Virus record (IMG/VR): IMGVR_UViG_3300028888_000061 | Coordinates: 1-64,000 of that record | Length of the DNA stretch: 64,000 nucleotides | Strand: one strand, 5' to 3' | Source of the DNA: a virus | Taxonomy: Duplodnaviria; Caudoviricetes | Part shown: positions 41,247 to 50,471 of the stretch, one piece after another | Layout: every line of letters starts with the position of its first letter | How positions within the stretch are numbered: the first letter of the stretch is position 1 | Notes under the pieces: generated by a model | Databases searched by the model: none | Told to the model about the DNA's origin: nothing | The model's input: only the letters and a program-made list of their open reading frames with translations | Program-made: the position numbers and the translations under genes

Positions 41247-41741
41247 TTATCGAGTGAGTAAAGGAAACTTGTCGTAATCAAGCATTGCGTACACAACGTC
41301 TTTCAGACTGAGTTCACCATTTCTGTACCCATCGTGCAGAACAGAGAAATCGTGACGTTCAAAGTTCTTAGCTTGTATCCCGGCTTTGCTTATAAGGCCA
41401 TCACGGTCAGTGACATTAAGAGATTTCCATATAAGTGAGAACAATGCATTAGGGTCAATTTCGACAAGACCGTGCGTAAGTAAGTCATGTGGTCTGTACA
41501 TGCGATTCTCGGCGAAGCAGAAAATGCGTTCTCCGTCATCATCCTGATACAGTTTGGCTGCACGTGTGTCCGTATTGTCATGGAACGGACAGAAGCAAGA
41601 TCCACTTCCAGTCACACCAAGTCCTGATGAAACGATACTGTACTTTGACTGAAGCAGGTCTTCAAACGGAATGAGTCTGTCTATGACCTGATGAATAAAC
41701 TCATTGGAAAAGGTTTCCTGCTTTACTTGTGTGTCGTTCAT
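41247..41741 (-). CDS. Stand-alone primase CHC2 zinc-finger protein
   Basis: CPFHDNT...AAKLY...IFCF; no TOPRIM domain. Confidence 0.75.
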   Translation of the reverse strand: MNDTQVKQETFSNEFIHQVIDRLIPFEDLLQSKYSIVSSGLGVTGSGSCFCPFHDNTDTRAAKLYQDDDGERIFCFAENRMYRPHDLLTHGLVEIDPNALFSLIWKSLNVTDRDGLISKAGIQAKNFERHDFSVLHDGYRNGELSLKDVVYAMLDYDKFPLLTR

Positions 41742-41780
41742 AGCAAATTCAGAAGCTCCGGGAATCTTTCTTTAAGTCTC

Positions 41781-41842
41781 TGCCATACTCAGGACTCGAA
41801 CCTGAATCCGAGAGTTGTTTTACCATATTAAACTACACGCCC
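41781..41842 (-). pseudogene. tRNA-like element lacking the anticodon arm
   Basis: TAGTTTAATATGGTAAAAC D-arm and TCAGG-TTCGAGT-CCTGA T-arm; only about 10 nt between them; acceptor mispaired. Confidence 0.6.
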
Positions 41843-41848
41843 ATAAGA

Positions 41849-41919
41849 TGTGCCCACAAGGACTTGAACCTTGATAGACTGATTAAAAGCCCGCTATTCT
41901 ACCTTTGAATTATAGGCAC
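41849..41919 (-). tRNA. tRNA-Lys(UUU)-like with mispaired anticodon stem
   Basis: Acceptor GTGCCTA/TGGGCAC, D-arm, loop CTTTTAA, T-arm CAAGG-TTCAAGT-CCTTG; anticodon stem GCGGG/TCAGT; no encoded CCA. Confidence 0.7.
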
Positions 41920-41925
41920 ATAAAA

Positions 41926-41995
41926 TGCTCCAATAGAGAAGCGAATAAAGCTCTATGTTTAAAAACCTTTACTCTATCCGTTTAGCTATGGAGCA
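41926..41995 (-). pseudogene. Degenerate tRNA-like element
   Basis: TGCTCCA/TGGAGCA acceptor, TAGCTAAACGGATAGAG D-arm, expanded T-loop, no anticodon stem. Confidence 0.5.
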
Positions 41996-42122
41996 AATAG
42001 GTATTATCATAATCTCACGATTACTAACACCTGAGTAATCCACTTAGAAAAACACTAAGTATACTCACTTTCATTGTCACCAACTTCAGTGAGTTCTATA
42101 TAGGTAACCAGTCTATATAGAA

Positions 42123-42241
42123 TGCCGTGTCTGGGAATCGAACCCAAAGTCTGCATCACATCTCCGTGTCTTTAGGTATGACTTCCCTAAATGGTTTTAC
42201 CGAAGAATCTTGACCCGTTACGACCACTGAACTTTCACGGC
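42123..42241 (-). pseudogene. tRNA-like element with about 45 nt extra in the anticodon region
   Basis: GCCGTG/CACGGC acceptor, AGTTCAGTGG, TGGG-TTCGATT-CCCA T-arm; internal hairpin TTTAGG...CCTAAA. Confidence 0.55.
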
Positions 42242-42289
42242 TTGATGCATGTTTTGATACAGACTATCTGCCAAACAGCTTAAACACCA

Positions 42290-42562
42290 CTAAGCGTCTT
42301 TATAAGACGAACAAAATTCTTCAATACACTCCATCAGAATTTCCTCTGAGACTGCTTCAGGTCTTAGTACAAAGATACCTGACCAGTCATCGACCGTACC
42401 GAGTTCATCAGATTCAAAAACCATGAACTCATAAGGTGTTTCGTAAAGGTCACGTCCGCATTGAAGGTCAATAAGGTCTGCAAAATACCAGTGACCATTA
42501 AACTGGAACACACCGCTGATTTGGTTTCTGTGTTCAGAACGAGTTATTCTAACATCAATCAT
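42290..42562 (-). CDS. Hypothetical protein
   Basis: 90-aa ORF with AAGGAG RBS. Confidence 0.65.
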   Translation of the reverse strand: MIDVRITRSEHRNQISGVFQFNGHWYFADLIDLQCGRDLYETPYEFMVFESDELGTVDDWSGIFVLRPEAVSEEILMECIEEFCSSYKDA

Positions 42563-42756
42563 AAACTGCTCCTTCTAGCGTCATGTTGAATCATGCATGT
42601 GTAGTCATATCTCGAATAATTTCCAAGATTCTTTTCCAAGAGATTGCACGCATCGTTCAAAGCCTCACGTTCCTCGAACGAAAGATGACCGTACACTTTA
42701 TCCTTTATCCTGATAAGAGTCTCAATGACTTCGCCAACCATTTTTGTCTGCTCCAT
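42559..42756 (-). CDS. Hypothetical protein
   Basis: TAGGAG RBS; ATGA overlap with the next gene. Confidence 0.6.
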   Translation of the reverse strand: MEQTKMVGEVIETLIRIKDKVYGHLSFEEREALNDACNLLEKNLGNYSRYDYTCMIQHDARRSSL

Positions 42757-42815
42757 GTCCGTTCTCCTTACTTACAGGGTAGCATTTATGCATGTGTGCT
42801 TCACATGACATGGAA

Positions 42816-42856
42816 ACAATACCACAGAAAAGAAAAAGCAAGCAGAACAGCACCAC
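42816..42856 (-). promoter_or_regulatory. Phage promoter motif copy 6
   Basis: GTGGTGCTG (42856-42848), N26, TGTGG-TATTGT. Confidence 0.75.
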
Positions 42857-42880
42857 GAAAATGAACATACCTATAAATGG

Positions 42881-42965
42881 GTCTAATTTGCTCTGTACAC
42901 GATTTTTCGTTTTAGACGTGTACTTACTAGGGTAGGGGCGTAACTTTTTAGTACAGGGCAAATTT
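42881..42965 (+). repeat. 85-bp dispersed element, copy B
   Basis: 76/85 identical to 11291..11375. Confidence 0.85.
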
Positions 42966-42987
42966 AGCTGGTATATGAACGAAAAAG

Positions 42988-43018
42988 AAAAGGGAGCATG
43001 AAACCATGCTCCCTTCTC
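42988..43018 (-). terminator. Intrinsic terminator
   Basis: AAGGGAGCATG-AAAC-CATGCTCCCTT followed by a T-run on the minus strand. Confidence 0.75.
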
Positions 43019-43042
43019 AAAACACACAAAAACGTACCAACG

Positions 43043-43717
43043 TCAATAAGGTCTGTAATCATCGTACTCATCAGGTTCGTTGTTGTAACTCTCATCGACC
43101 CAGAATTTCATAGTAGGTGCGTTTCCATGAAGAAATGCTTCAAAGGCTTTTTCAATTCGTTCTTCTGTAAGGTCTGACCGGTCAATGTGGTCATAAAGCA
43201 TCATAGAAATGCTGATTTCAACATAGCCTGTAAACTCAACATCACCGCCAAGGTTGAAGTCCATGGTCTGCTCCAAGTCATAATCCTCATCACGGAACTG
43301 TATGAGAGTCTGGTCTTGTGCATTGTTGAACTCAACCCATATAGCGAAATACCCATCATCAAAAATGTTTTCAATCAGGTGTTCTCCAGATGGTTCCATC
43401 CACACATCGCTTTCGCCATCACCCAGATACGCACTGCGAATCTCAAAGTCGTTCAGTTGGTCGTGTAAATCAATGACATAATCTGACAGGTCTCCCTTAT
43501 CTCCATTCAAGCTGTCATGCACTTCTTTGAGAAACACATTAAAGTCTTTGTCCTTACGTTCAATACGTACAGACTTGGCGTCGTTAATCTTAATTACAGC
43601 AGACGTAATCTCATTGACGAAATCATGTGATGATTCAAATCGTCGTAATCGTCGATTGGCGTTACGTCTTATGCTGTTATTCTCAGACAAGGTTCTTTTT
43701 GATTTTCGTATAAGCAT
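43043..43717 (-). CDS. Acidic hypothetical protein (candidate internal head protein)
   Basis: MLIRKSKRTLSE...RRLRRFES leader, then a very acidic body. Confidence 0.65.
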   Translation of the reverse strand: MLIRKSKRTLSENNSIRRNANRRLRRFESSHDFVNEITSAVIKINDAKSVRIERKDKDFNVFLKEVHDSLNGDKGDLSDYVIDLHDQLNDFEIRSAYLGDGESDVWMEPSGEHLIENIFDDGYFAIWVEFNNAQDQTLIQFRDEDYDLEQTMDFNLGGDVEFTGYVEISISMMLYDHIDRSDLTEERIEKAFEAFLHGNAPTMKFWVDESYNNEPDEYDDYRPY

Positions 43718-43755
43718 GTTATCTCCTAAAACAGGTACACAACTTTGATAAGCTC

Positions 43756-44637
43756 TCACGCCTGAACAAACTCAAGCACAAGTTCATCCTGAGTAGCGTC
43801 TCCGTCTCGAACACTAGCCATACGTAAAGACTTACAGCCAAAAATACCGTCCACTACGTTATAATTCCAAGAACCGTCATCAGCAAACTGCGTGACAACG
43901 ATACGATGGTCTTTGACCGTCTCGAAAGATTGGCAGAAGTCAACAACCTCATCGGAAGCAAAAAACCGAGCCGTCAGTTTGAGCTTGTTATTGTCTTGAA
44001 GACTCATACGTACAGATTTGTTAGACAGGCGAAGGCACTCAACGTCATCAATACGAATCTCATAATGTCTGCGTGACATCACATCAGAATCATAGCTGTA
44101 CTCAACACTGTCGTTGCATTCTTTCCACTGTTCAACAAGGTAAACAACTTTACCGTGTTCTAAACGAAGAATGTTCTGATTGTCTGAACCTCTCCAATGA
44201 AGACCTGGTCGCTTCCTGGACAGAACGAACGGACCGTCAACAAGCACATCAACGCAATCAATAATACGCCGAAGCGATGCATCTCCGTCATCCATTTGTT
44301 TTTTCAGCTCTCCATACGTGTAACCTGTATACAGCCAGATTGTCTTTGAACGTCCGAACTCACCTTTGACGGTTTCAACAATACGCATAACTTCATCACG
44401 ATTGTCAGGATATAAGGGGTCGCCGCCAGACAGTGTAAGTCCTGCACAGAATTCAAGACTTAGTGAATCCATAATATCCTGCATTGTTCCGATGGTAAAC
44501 TGATGTCCGTAACATGGGTCATGCGTTTGAGGATTGTGACATGACGGACACTTATGCGAGCATCCACTTACAAACAGTACTGTGCGAAGACCTTCGCCGT
44601 TCATCATGTCACAGTATTTTATTCCTGCGTAATTCAT
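43756..44637 (-). CDS. nrdG: Anaerobic RNR activase with about 125-aa C-terminal extension
   Basis: NGEGLRTVLFVSGCSHKCPSCHN, LSGGDPL, LVDGPF, WRGSDNQ. Confidence 0.92.
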   Translation of the reverse strand: MNYAGIKYCDMMNGEGLRTVLFVSGCSHKCPSCHNPQTHDPCYGHQFTIGTMQDIMDSLSLEFCAGLTLSGGDPLYPDNRDEVMRIVETVKGEFGRSKTIWLYTGYTYGELKKQMDDGDASLRRIIDCVDVLVDGPFVLSRKRPGLHWRGSDNQNILRLEHGKVVYLVEQWKECNDSVEYSYDSDVMSRRHYEIRIDDVECLRLSNKSVRMSLQDNNKLKLTARFFASDEVVDFCQSFETVKDHRIVVTQFADDGSWNYNVVDGIFGCKSLRMASVRDGDATQDELVLEFVQA

Positions 44638-44694
44638 ATTCTATCTCCGTGAACAGAGCAAGACACAAACCATGTCTTGCTCACAGTTACAAGT

Positions 44695-47364
44695 TTACAT
44701 ACACTTTCTGTCGTCGATTTCAGCACGTTTACCTTCGTTCATTCTGGTGTCGCCGTGCACACGTTCAAGACCAAGGTATCCGCACACCCTTGAAATACGA
44801 ACCAAATCATCGCTTCCACATGACGAACATTTGTCTTCATCCAGGAACTCTGCCCCGCATGTGCAGCAGTAATTCTTGCTGATGTTGCATCCGTAATAAT
44901 ACCCTCGTTTCATGGCCTCTCGGATAAGCGTCACGTATGCTTCTGTGTTATAATCAGACCCGAATCTGTTGTAGATGATGTTGCCACCGTTGCACAAATG
45001 GAAGCATTTGTACTCGGTATCCATCTTCTCTATCGGCGTGATGTCTTCTGAGACGTGAACATGGAATGAATTGGACATATACTTACGGTCTGACACGCCT
45101 TTGATGATTCCGTATTTCTTGCGGAATTGCTCTACCTGCAAGGAACACAGGCTTTCTGCAGGTGTACCGTACACAGCATACAAGATTCCATCCTCTTTTT
45201 TGTATTTTGTAGCATAATCGTTAATGAAACGCAAAATCTCTTCGGCAAATTGAGATTTATCTTCATACAACGATTTACCTTTGTACATCATCGTTGCCTC
45301 ATTGAGTGCTGCGATGCCGAAAGACACGGTGCAAGGCTTTAAGGTGTCGCGCCCAATATCCTCAGTCTCTTTAAGATGACCACCATATCCACCACCCTCA
45401 CAGAAAATCAATGGATTGATTCCTGCTTTCTTGTGAGAGAAATACTCCAATGTTCTGATGTGAATCTTTCGGCAGAGGTCTAGGTAATAAGTCAGCTCGT
45501 CCCAAAAGTCTGTGTGTTCAACTTGTGATTTACGAACAATCATTGGGAAGTTGAGTGAAATTGCACCCATATTCCATCTGCCTTCGTAAACGGGACGGTC
45601 GTCTTCATCAGCAGGCTCAATACCACCACGTTCATACCATGGCGAGAGGTTTGCACGACAGTTGTGTGAGCGAACACCGGAGCAGAAGAAATGTTCCGAT
45701 TCCGTGGTGACATCATAACTCACATCTACCTTGTCAACGATTTCTATGGATGAGATTTCAACGAACTGAACTGATACACTTTCCTTAACCACATCATTCT
45801 GTTCGGTGTAGGAAGGAAGCCCAAAGAAGACCTCAACGACATCACCAGGGACAAGGTCTTTTGTCTGCGTAACATGTGAAACATTAGAGAACCATGTTGT
45901 CCACGGATGGTCGGCTGTGCAGACAAGTTTTTTACCGTCAGTCAGCGTAACACGATACCAACGAGGGTTCTGAGTGTTCTTAATGATTCGTGAACAATTT
46001 ACAAACCCATCTTTGTCAAAAATACGCACCCCATGCAGGTCTATATAGACGCCGGAAGAATACCCCAAAGATTCCTGCGACAGCACTGGAAAACATTTGG
46101 ACAGATGTTCCCACATTTCCTCAATGTAGCACTCGTGAATGTCACCATAAACATCGCGATAAATAACCTGGGAGTTGCCATCGACGCAGCCCATGCGGCT
46201 TATAGTAACGCCATATTTCTTGTAAATTGAAGGTGCATAACCGTCACCGGTCATAGACAGAAAGTCAGGGTACTGTGCTCGCTTGGTACACTCAACGGCT
46301 TCAAGAAACAGCCATTCCTGTTCCTTTCCTGCACCATGTTTATTCTCATCGTACATGAAGGTCAGTTTAGGAAACAGAACAGGGATATGGTCAGCGGTTC
46401 CAGCACCAGTTCGACGTACTTTCAGGAATGCAGACGAAACCATTTGACCAAATCTGTCATCTGACAAACCGAAAGACAATGATGAAAACACGAAGTCACC
46501 ACGGGCTGTAGTAGCACTGTTAAGACGCATCTCACATTCAATCGCACCATCCTCAAGTTCCTTGTTCAGTTTCTTTGTGGCGTACAGAGTGGCACCCATT
46601 TGGTCTTTGCGTCCAAGAATATCTTCATACTCAGCATAGTACCTGTCGTAAGAATTCTTTGCATAAGGTGCAAGCAGTTTGTCGATTTCACTCACGGTAA
46701 ATCCACCATACTGACAAGCACCTGCATTCAGAATAATATCAACCATAAGAGAAATGGCAGTACCTACGGTTTTTGGTTCTCTGTACTGCACATTACCCAT
46801 GCGAAAACCGCCTTTGAAAATCGCTTTGACATCGCAAAGCATACAGTTTGACGTATCCAGTCTTGCGCCTTTGTCATGGATGTAAATGTACCCATCTTCC
46901 TGTGCTTTGTTTTCTTCGTCAGTAAGAAAGAACCTCTTGTAAAGCTCACCATTCAACTCTGCGTATGCAATAGCTTTCTGAGTCGTTACCAATTCAGAAT
47001 CCGCATTTGCGTTCGATGCGTCACGCACACTGTTCAATTCCAATTTTTTCCGATACACCTGATCAAGCATCTTCACGAACTGAGTCTTGTAGTTGCGATA
47101 CTCACGATAAGAGCGTGCGACTTCGGTATTCACTGAATCAAGGGCGCACTCGACATAATTATGCAAAGTCTTCACCTGTACTGGTTCATTCACAGGACAC
47201 ATATTTTCAACGTAAGAGACCACGAAGTCTTCCTGTTCTGTGGTCATCGTAATATTTACACGTTCAGCAGATTTACGTATTGCAGATTTTATTTTATCTC
47301 CGTCAAACGGTACAACGGCATTATTCTTTTTCAGGACTGAAATGCTTGGGCAATCTTTACTCAT
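44695..47364 (-). CDS. nrdD: Class III ribonucleotide reductase with ATP cone and intein
   Basis: ATP cone, YIHD, FPKL, MG|CR catalytic site, YGTPAESL, Zn-binding cysteines, RVCGYLG glycyl-radical motif. Confidence 0.95.
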   Translation of the reverse strand: MSKDCPSISVLKKNNAVVPFDGDKIKSAIRKSAERVNITMTTEQEDFVVSYVENMCPVNEPVQVKTLHNYVECALDSVNTEVARSYREYRNYKTQFVKMLDQVYRKKLELNSVRDASNANADSELVTTQKAIAYAELNGELYKRFFLTDEENKAQEDGYIYIHDKGARLDTSNCMLCDVKAIFKGGFRMGNVQYREPKTVGTAISLMVDIILNAGACQYGGFTVSEIDKLLAPYAKNSYDRYYAEYEDILGRKDQMGATLYATKKLNKELEDGAIECEMRLNSATTARGDFVFSSLSFGLSDDRFGQMVSSAFLKVRRTGAGTADHIPVLFPKLTFMYDENKHGAGKEQEWLFLEAVECTKRAQYPDFLSMTGDGYAPSIYKKYGVTISRMGCVDGNSQVIYRDVYGDIHECYIEEMWEHLSKCFPVLSQESLGYSSGVYIDLHGVRIFDKDGFVNCSRIIKNTQNPRWYRVTLTDGKKLVCTADHPWTTWFSNVSHVTQTKDLVPGDVVEVFFGLPSYTEQNDVVKESVSVQFVEISSIEIVDKVDVSYDVTTESEHFFCSGVRSHNCRANLSPWYERGGIEPADEDDRPVYEGRWNMGAISLNFPMIVRKSQVEHTDFWDELTYYLDLCRKIHIRTLEYFSHKKAGINPLIFCEGGGYGGHLKETEDIGRDTLKPCTVSFGIAALNEATMMYKGKSLYEDKSQFAEEILRFINDYATKYKKEDGILYAVYGTPAESLCSLQVEQFRKKYGIIKGVSDRKYMSNSFHVHVSEDITPIEKMDTEYKCFHLCNGGNIIYNRFGSDYNTEAYVTLIREAMKRGYYYGCNISKNYCCTCGAEFLDEDKCSSCGSDDLVRISRVCGYLGLERVHGDTRMNEGKRAEIDDRKCM
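45661..46188 (-). mobile_element. Mini-intein in NrdD (176 aa)
   Basis: CVDGNS...CTADHPW...YDVTTESEHF...SHN|C; no LAGLIDADG motifs. Confidence 0.9.
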
Positions 47365-47403
47365 AGAGTACCTCATCAATGAATGGTTTGTGGTGATACA
47401 TAA

Positions 47404-47439
47404 TGAAAAAGAGCCGTGGGGTTTTTCGGCTCTTTTTCA
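47404..47439 (-). terminator. Intrinsic terminator
   Basis: GAAAAAGAGCCG...CGGCTCTTTTTC. Confidence 0.75.
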
Positions 47440-47472
47440 GAAACAAAACACACAGGTTGTTAAGATGTACGA

Positions 47473-48216
47473 TTAGAGTTCAAGCTCTTCGGGGTAGTCA
47501 AGATCATCGAAAACGACGGGAATCTGCTTCTTAACATAGCTAAGCAGTGGCAGCATAATCATACGCATCTGTGGATGTGCTGCCTTATCACATCGTAGCT
47601 TGAACACGTTGCGCCATTGTCGTAAGTTCGCCGACATAACCATTTCCGTTTTTAAAGCCAGTGGAAGCACGCTTCGTGCGATTTCTGGTGTAGTTGTTTG
47701 CAATAACTCAAAGTAGGTGTCGGAACTTTTTTGCATTGATGCAACCCACATATCGTACTCAACAGTACCATATTTGATTTGTGGTGGACAGATTACACGT
47801 ATCACGCCGCCGTTCTTCTCCAACGAATAATTGACATACCTGGATGACTCAACCGCGAAAGAACTCAACCGATGCCTGACGAGTTCATTCTGAACCGCAC
47901 GGTCAACAACAAATCGAACCGAAAAGGAAAAGTGCTCAAGCATAGATTCATGGCCACGTTTGATGAGCATCCGAACAAAATCATAACATGAATCATCTTT
48001 GGTATTTCGGTAAGACTGATAACAAGTCCTGCCGATTTCTTCAATGTACTTCAAAATATACAGACCATCTAACTGGGTGATGACTTCAAAAGACGGACAG
48101 GTTATAACGACTTTCGGGTAACCCGTACAAATTTCCGTTATAGGTTGTAACTGTTCTTTAGTGTATTCTGGTGCGGACAAATCCATGTCAATCCGGTTGA
48201 ACTTACTGTCTGTCAT
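47473..48216 (-). CDS. thyX: Flavin-dependent thymidylate synthase
   Basis: GHESMLEH, ELVRHR-x7-SSRY, ARSVLP, NLRQW, AHPQM. Confidence 0.95.
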   Translation of the reverse strand: MTDSKFNRIDMDLSAPEYTKEQLQPITEICTGYPKVVITCPSFEVITQLDGLYILKYIEEIGRTCYQSYRNTKDDSCYDFVRMLIKRGHESMLEHFSFSVRFVVDRAVQNELVRHRLSSFAVESSRYVNYSLEKNGGVIRVICPPQIKYGTVEYDMWVASMQKSSDTYFELLQTTTPEIARSVLPLALKTEMVMSANLRQWRNVFKLRCDKAAHPQMRMIMLPLLSYVKKQIPVVFDDLDYPEELEL

Positions 48217-48418
48217 TTGAACTTCTCCCATCTGTATTCGTTTCGTAGGTTGCATATCCGAGAGCTTTTACTTTTTGGTCGATTAAGTCCGTGACATGTG
48301 ACACACGGTCAACAAGACGGTCGAACTCTTCACGACATTTCGTCTGCTCGATATACCATAGCTGTTTTGTACGTGAGTAATCGAAAACCTGTGCATTCTG
48401 TGCATTGTCGTTTTTCAA
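48203..48418 (-). CDS. Small hypothetical protein (TTG start)
   Basis: AGGAG before TTG 48418; fills the gap in the operon. Confidence 0.4.
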   Translation of the reverse strand: MKNDNAQNAQVFDYSRTKQLWYIEQTKCREEFDRLVDRVSHVTDLIDQKVKALGYATYETNTDGRSSNDRQ

Positions 48419-48432
48419 GGTCGTGCTCCTGC

Positions 48433-48861
48433 TTAGAAGTTGTATGCGGCAAAACGTTGATTGTAAAGATAACACTCACTATTTAGACCACGTGCAATGG
48501 TCTTGAGAGTTTCAAGATGACCACTGTATGCTTCAACGTAATTGTCTATGGTAGCGAGCAGCCGGTCAATGCTTGACTTCATTCTGTACAGCTCATACTG
48601 TGCTTCATTCCCCTGGGCGGCAGCGATATTCATCTGACCCCTAAGACCTGCTGATATTTTACGAAGTTCAAGAACGGAGCGAGAAAAATCCTGCATTTGC
48701 TGCATGACAGACGTGTACAGATTTGAAATTTCATCCGGGGATGTCTTTTCGGTTATAGCGATAATCTCTATCGGTTCTAAAGTGTCAGGCAGAAGCCACC
48801 GACGGATTCCCTCTTCCACCTTTTTTATGAACGTATACTGTGCTGGGTCAAGTGTTGCCAT
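48433..48861 (-). CDS. Coiled-coil protein next to the helicase
   Basis: GGAGG RBS; helical 142 aa (UvsY-like size, unverified). Confidence 0.55.
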   Translation of the reverse strand: MATLDPAQYTFIKKVEEGIRRWLLPDTLEPIEIIAITEKTSPDEISNLYTSVMQQMQDFSRSVLELRKISAGLRGQMNIAAAQGNEAQYELYRMKSSIDRLLATIDNYVEAYSGHLETLKTIARGLNSECYLYNQRFAAYNF

Positions 48862-48881
48862 TGATTACCTCCGATGCATCT

Positions 48882-50426
48882 TTAAATTTTAAACAAGTCT
48901 TCTTCCGACTCAAATATATTGCTCCACTCTAATGAGTTTGCGTTCAAATCATCAGAAGGTGTCTCCTGTGACTTTTTCTTTGAGCGAACCTCACGCCTGA
49001 AATCTTCATTTGACACGGTTATGGTGTCTCCGAAGACTCCATACTGTAATTGTGTTGTCGCAGTCACGCCATCTTCACAGGTATCACCGTTACGGTTTTT
49101 CAGCAGTTGAATCAATGCAGTGTCTGAACTTGCATTTCTGAAAATCGACAGGACATATCCAGAAGAACGGTCAAGCTCATTTGCTTCCGCAAGAGCCGTC
49201 ATGGTGTACTTACCTTGAATGTTCTTGCTGTCAGTATCCATGCTTTTTAGGGCTGCTTCATACCCTTTTCGGTTAATCTGGCTAAGCAGGATTACGCCTA
49301 TTTTCTGAGGCTTGCCTTCCTTTATTCTGAATGTAGTTGCGAGCTTTCTGAAAAATGCAACGTAGTTGTTCAATTTTCCATACTCATCCTTGGACGATGG
49401 ATTGCGTCCATGACCGTTGTAAAACTTTAAGAATGTAATATGGTCGATGATGAGCAAATCAATCGGATGTTTGTCGTCTATACGATACAGAAGCTGTCGT
49501 ACAGACTCTTCTTCCATATCAGTCTCCGCAATGTCAGATTCGTCAAGTAACGTTAGATTTGGCTGAATTTTCTGTTTCCACGATTCGTCAAGGATATCAA
49601 GATTTTTACGTTGTTCTGGAGTAAGGTCGTCAGAAAGAATATCCTGAAAAGGTATTGCATTACGTGTACCGATAGGGCTTTCGTTTATGAAAGAGTACAC
49701 AGACATCAGCTTCGCCCACATCTGGTCAGACGCTACTTCAAACGACATATAAACGACATGCAGACCTTCAAGTGCATTGTGTAATGCGGCGTTCAATGCC
49801 CATGTGGTCTTACAACCTCCTGCGTAAGCGGCAATCGTCGTTATGTAACCTTTATGGAAACCTCTGGTTAGACGGTCAACGGGATCGACATACAGCCGGT
49901 AGAACCCCTCTTTGGCATTTTCCTGAACTTCCTTTTTATAATCTCTGTCTTTAGAAGCATGACCCTTGTGTGTTTCCTCATACATATCTTGTACAAGGGT
50001 TAGTGTTTCCGTAGTGATACCGTTAAGACGCACATCACTTGCGACAGAGAACAGCTTTCGTGCAAAATTTGAATGCTGCGTAAAACGCTCTATTCTTGAA
50101 ATATCTTCTTCAAGTTCCTTAGGAAGTCTACCTTGAAGTGGAGTAATGCCTTTGTAATCAGGATACTTTGAAGCGAAAGACGCCGCAGATGGAAACGTGT
50201 CCATCTGCTCAAAAGATGCTTTCAGAAAGCAGAGGATATCATAAGCGTTGTAAGCAATTTCAGAGTTCAGGGTGTCCTGAAAGTCTTCTCTGCAAAGTCG
50301 TTTAACCTGTAAAAAGAGCTGTTCAGATTTCTCTCCGAAACATGAACGTAAGACATTCAGGAAGCACGTTTTAACTTCGGTCTGAATGTCTTGTAATGCT
50401 TCCTTGCTTGATTGAGTCTCATGCAT
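48882..50426 (-). CDS. dnaB: DnaB-like replicative helicase
   Basis: Walker A AYAGGCKT, SFE, IIDHI, LSQINR, LKNRNG. Confidence 0.9.
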   Translation of the reverse strand: MHETQSSKEALQDIQTEVKTCFLNVLRSCFGEKSEQLFLQVKRLCREDFQDTLNSEIAYNAYDILCFLKASFEQMDTFPSAASFASKYPDYKGITPLQGRLPKELEEDISRIERFTQHSNFARKLFSVASDVRLNGITTETLTLVQDMYEETHKGHASKDRDYKKEVQENAKEGFYRLYVDPVDRLTRGFHKGYITTIAAYAGGCKTTWALNAALHNALEGLHVVYMSFEVASDQMWAKLMSVYSFINESPIGTRNAIPFQDILSDDLTPEQRKNLDILDESWKQKIQPNLTLLDESDIAETDMEEESVRQLLYRIDDKHPIDLLIIDHITFLKFYNGHGRNPSSKDEYGKLNNYVAFFRKLATTFRIKEGKPQKIGVILLSQINRKGYEAALKSMDTDSKNIQGKYTMTALAEANELDRSSGYVLSIFRNASSDTALIQLLKNRNGDTCEDGVTATTQLQYGVFGDTITVSNEDFRREVRSKKKSQETPSDDLNANSLEWSNIFESEEDLFKI

Positions 50427-50471
50427 TTCAACAACCTGTCTGTTTAAGTTTCATAAGGTCAGTATCCACGT

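Noticed and set aside
42123-42241. tmRNA candidate
   Set aside because: Too short (about 120 nt), no G3-U70 alanine identity and no tag ORF.
42722-43027. 101-aa ORF with a hydrophobic stretch
   Set aside because: It spans a terminator, the 85-bp repeat and a promoter, so it is probably spurious.
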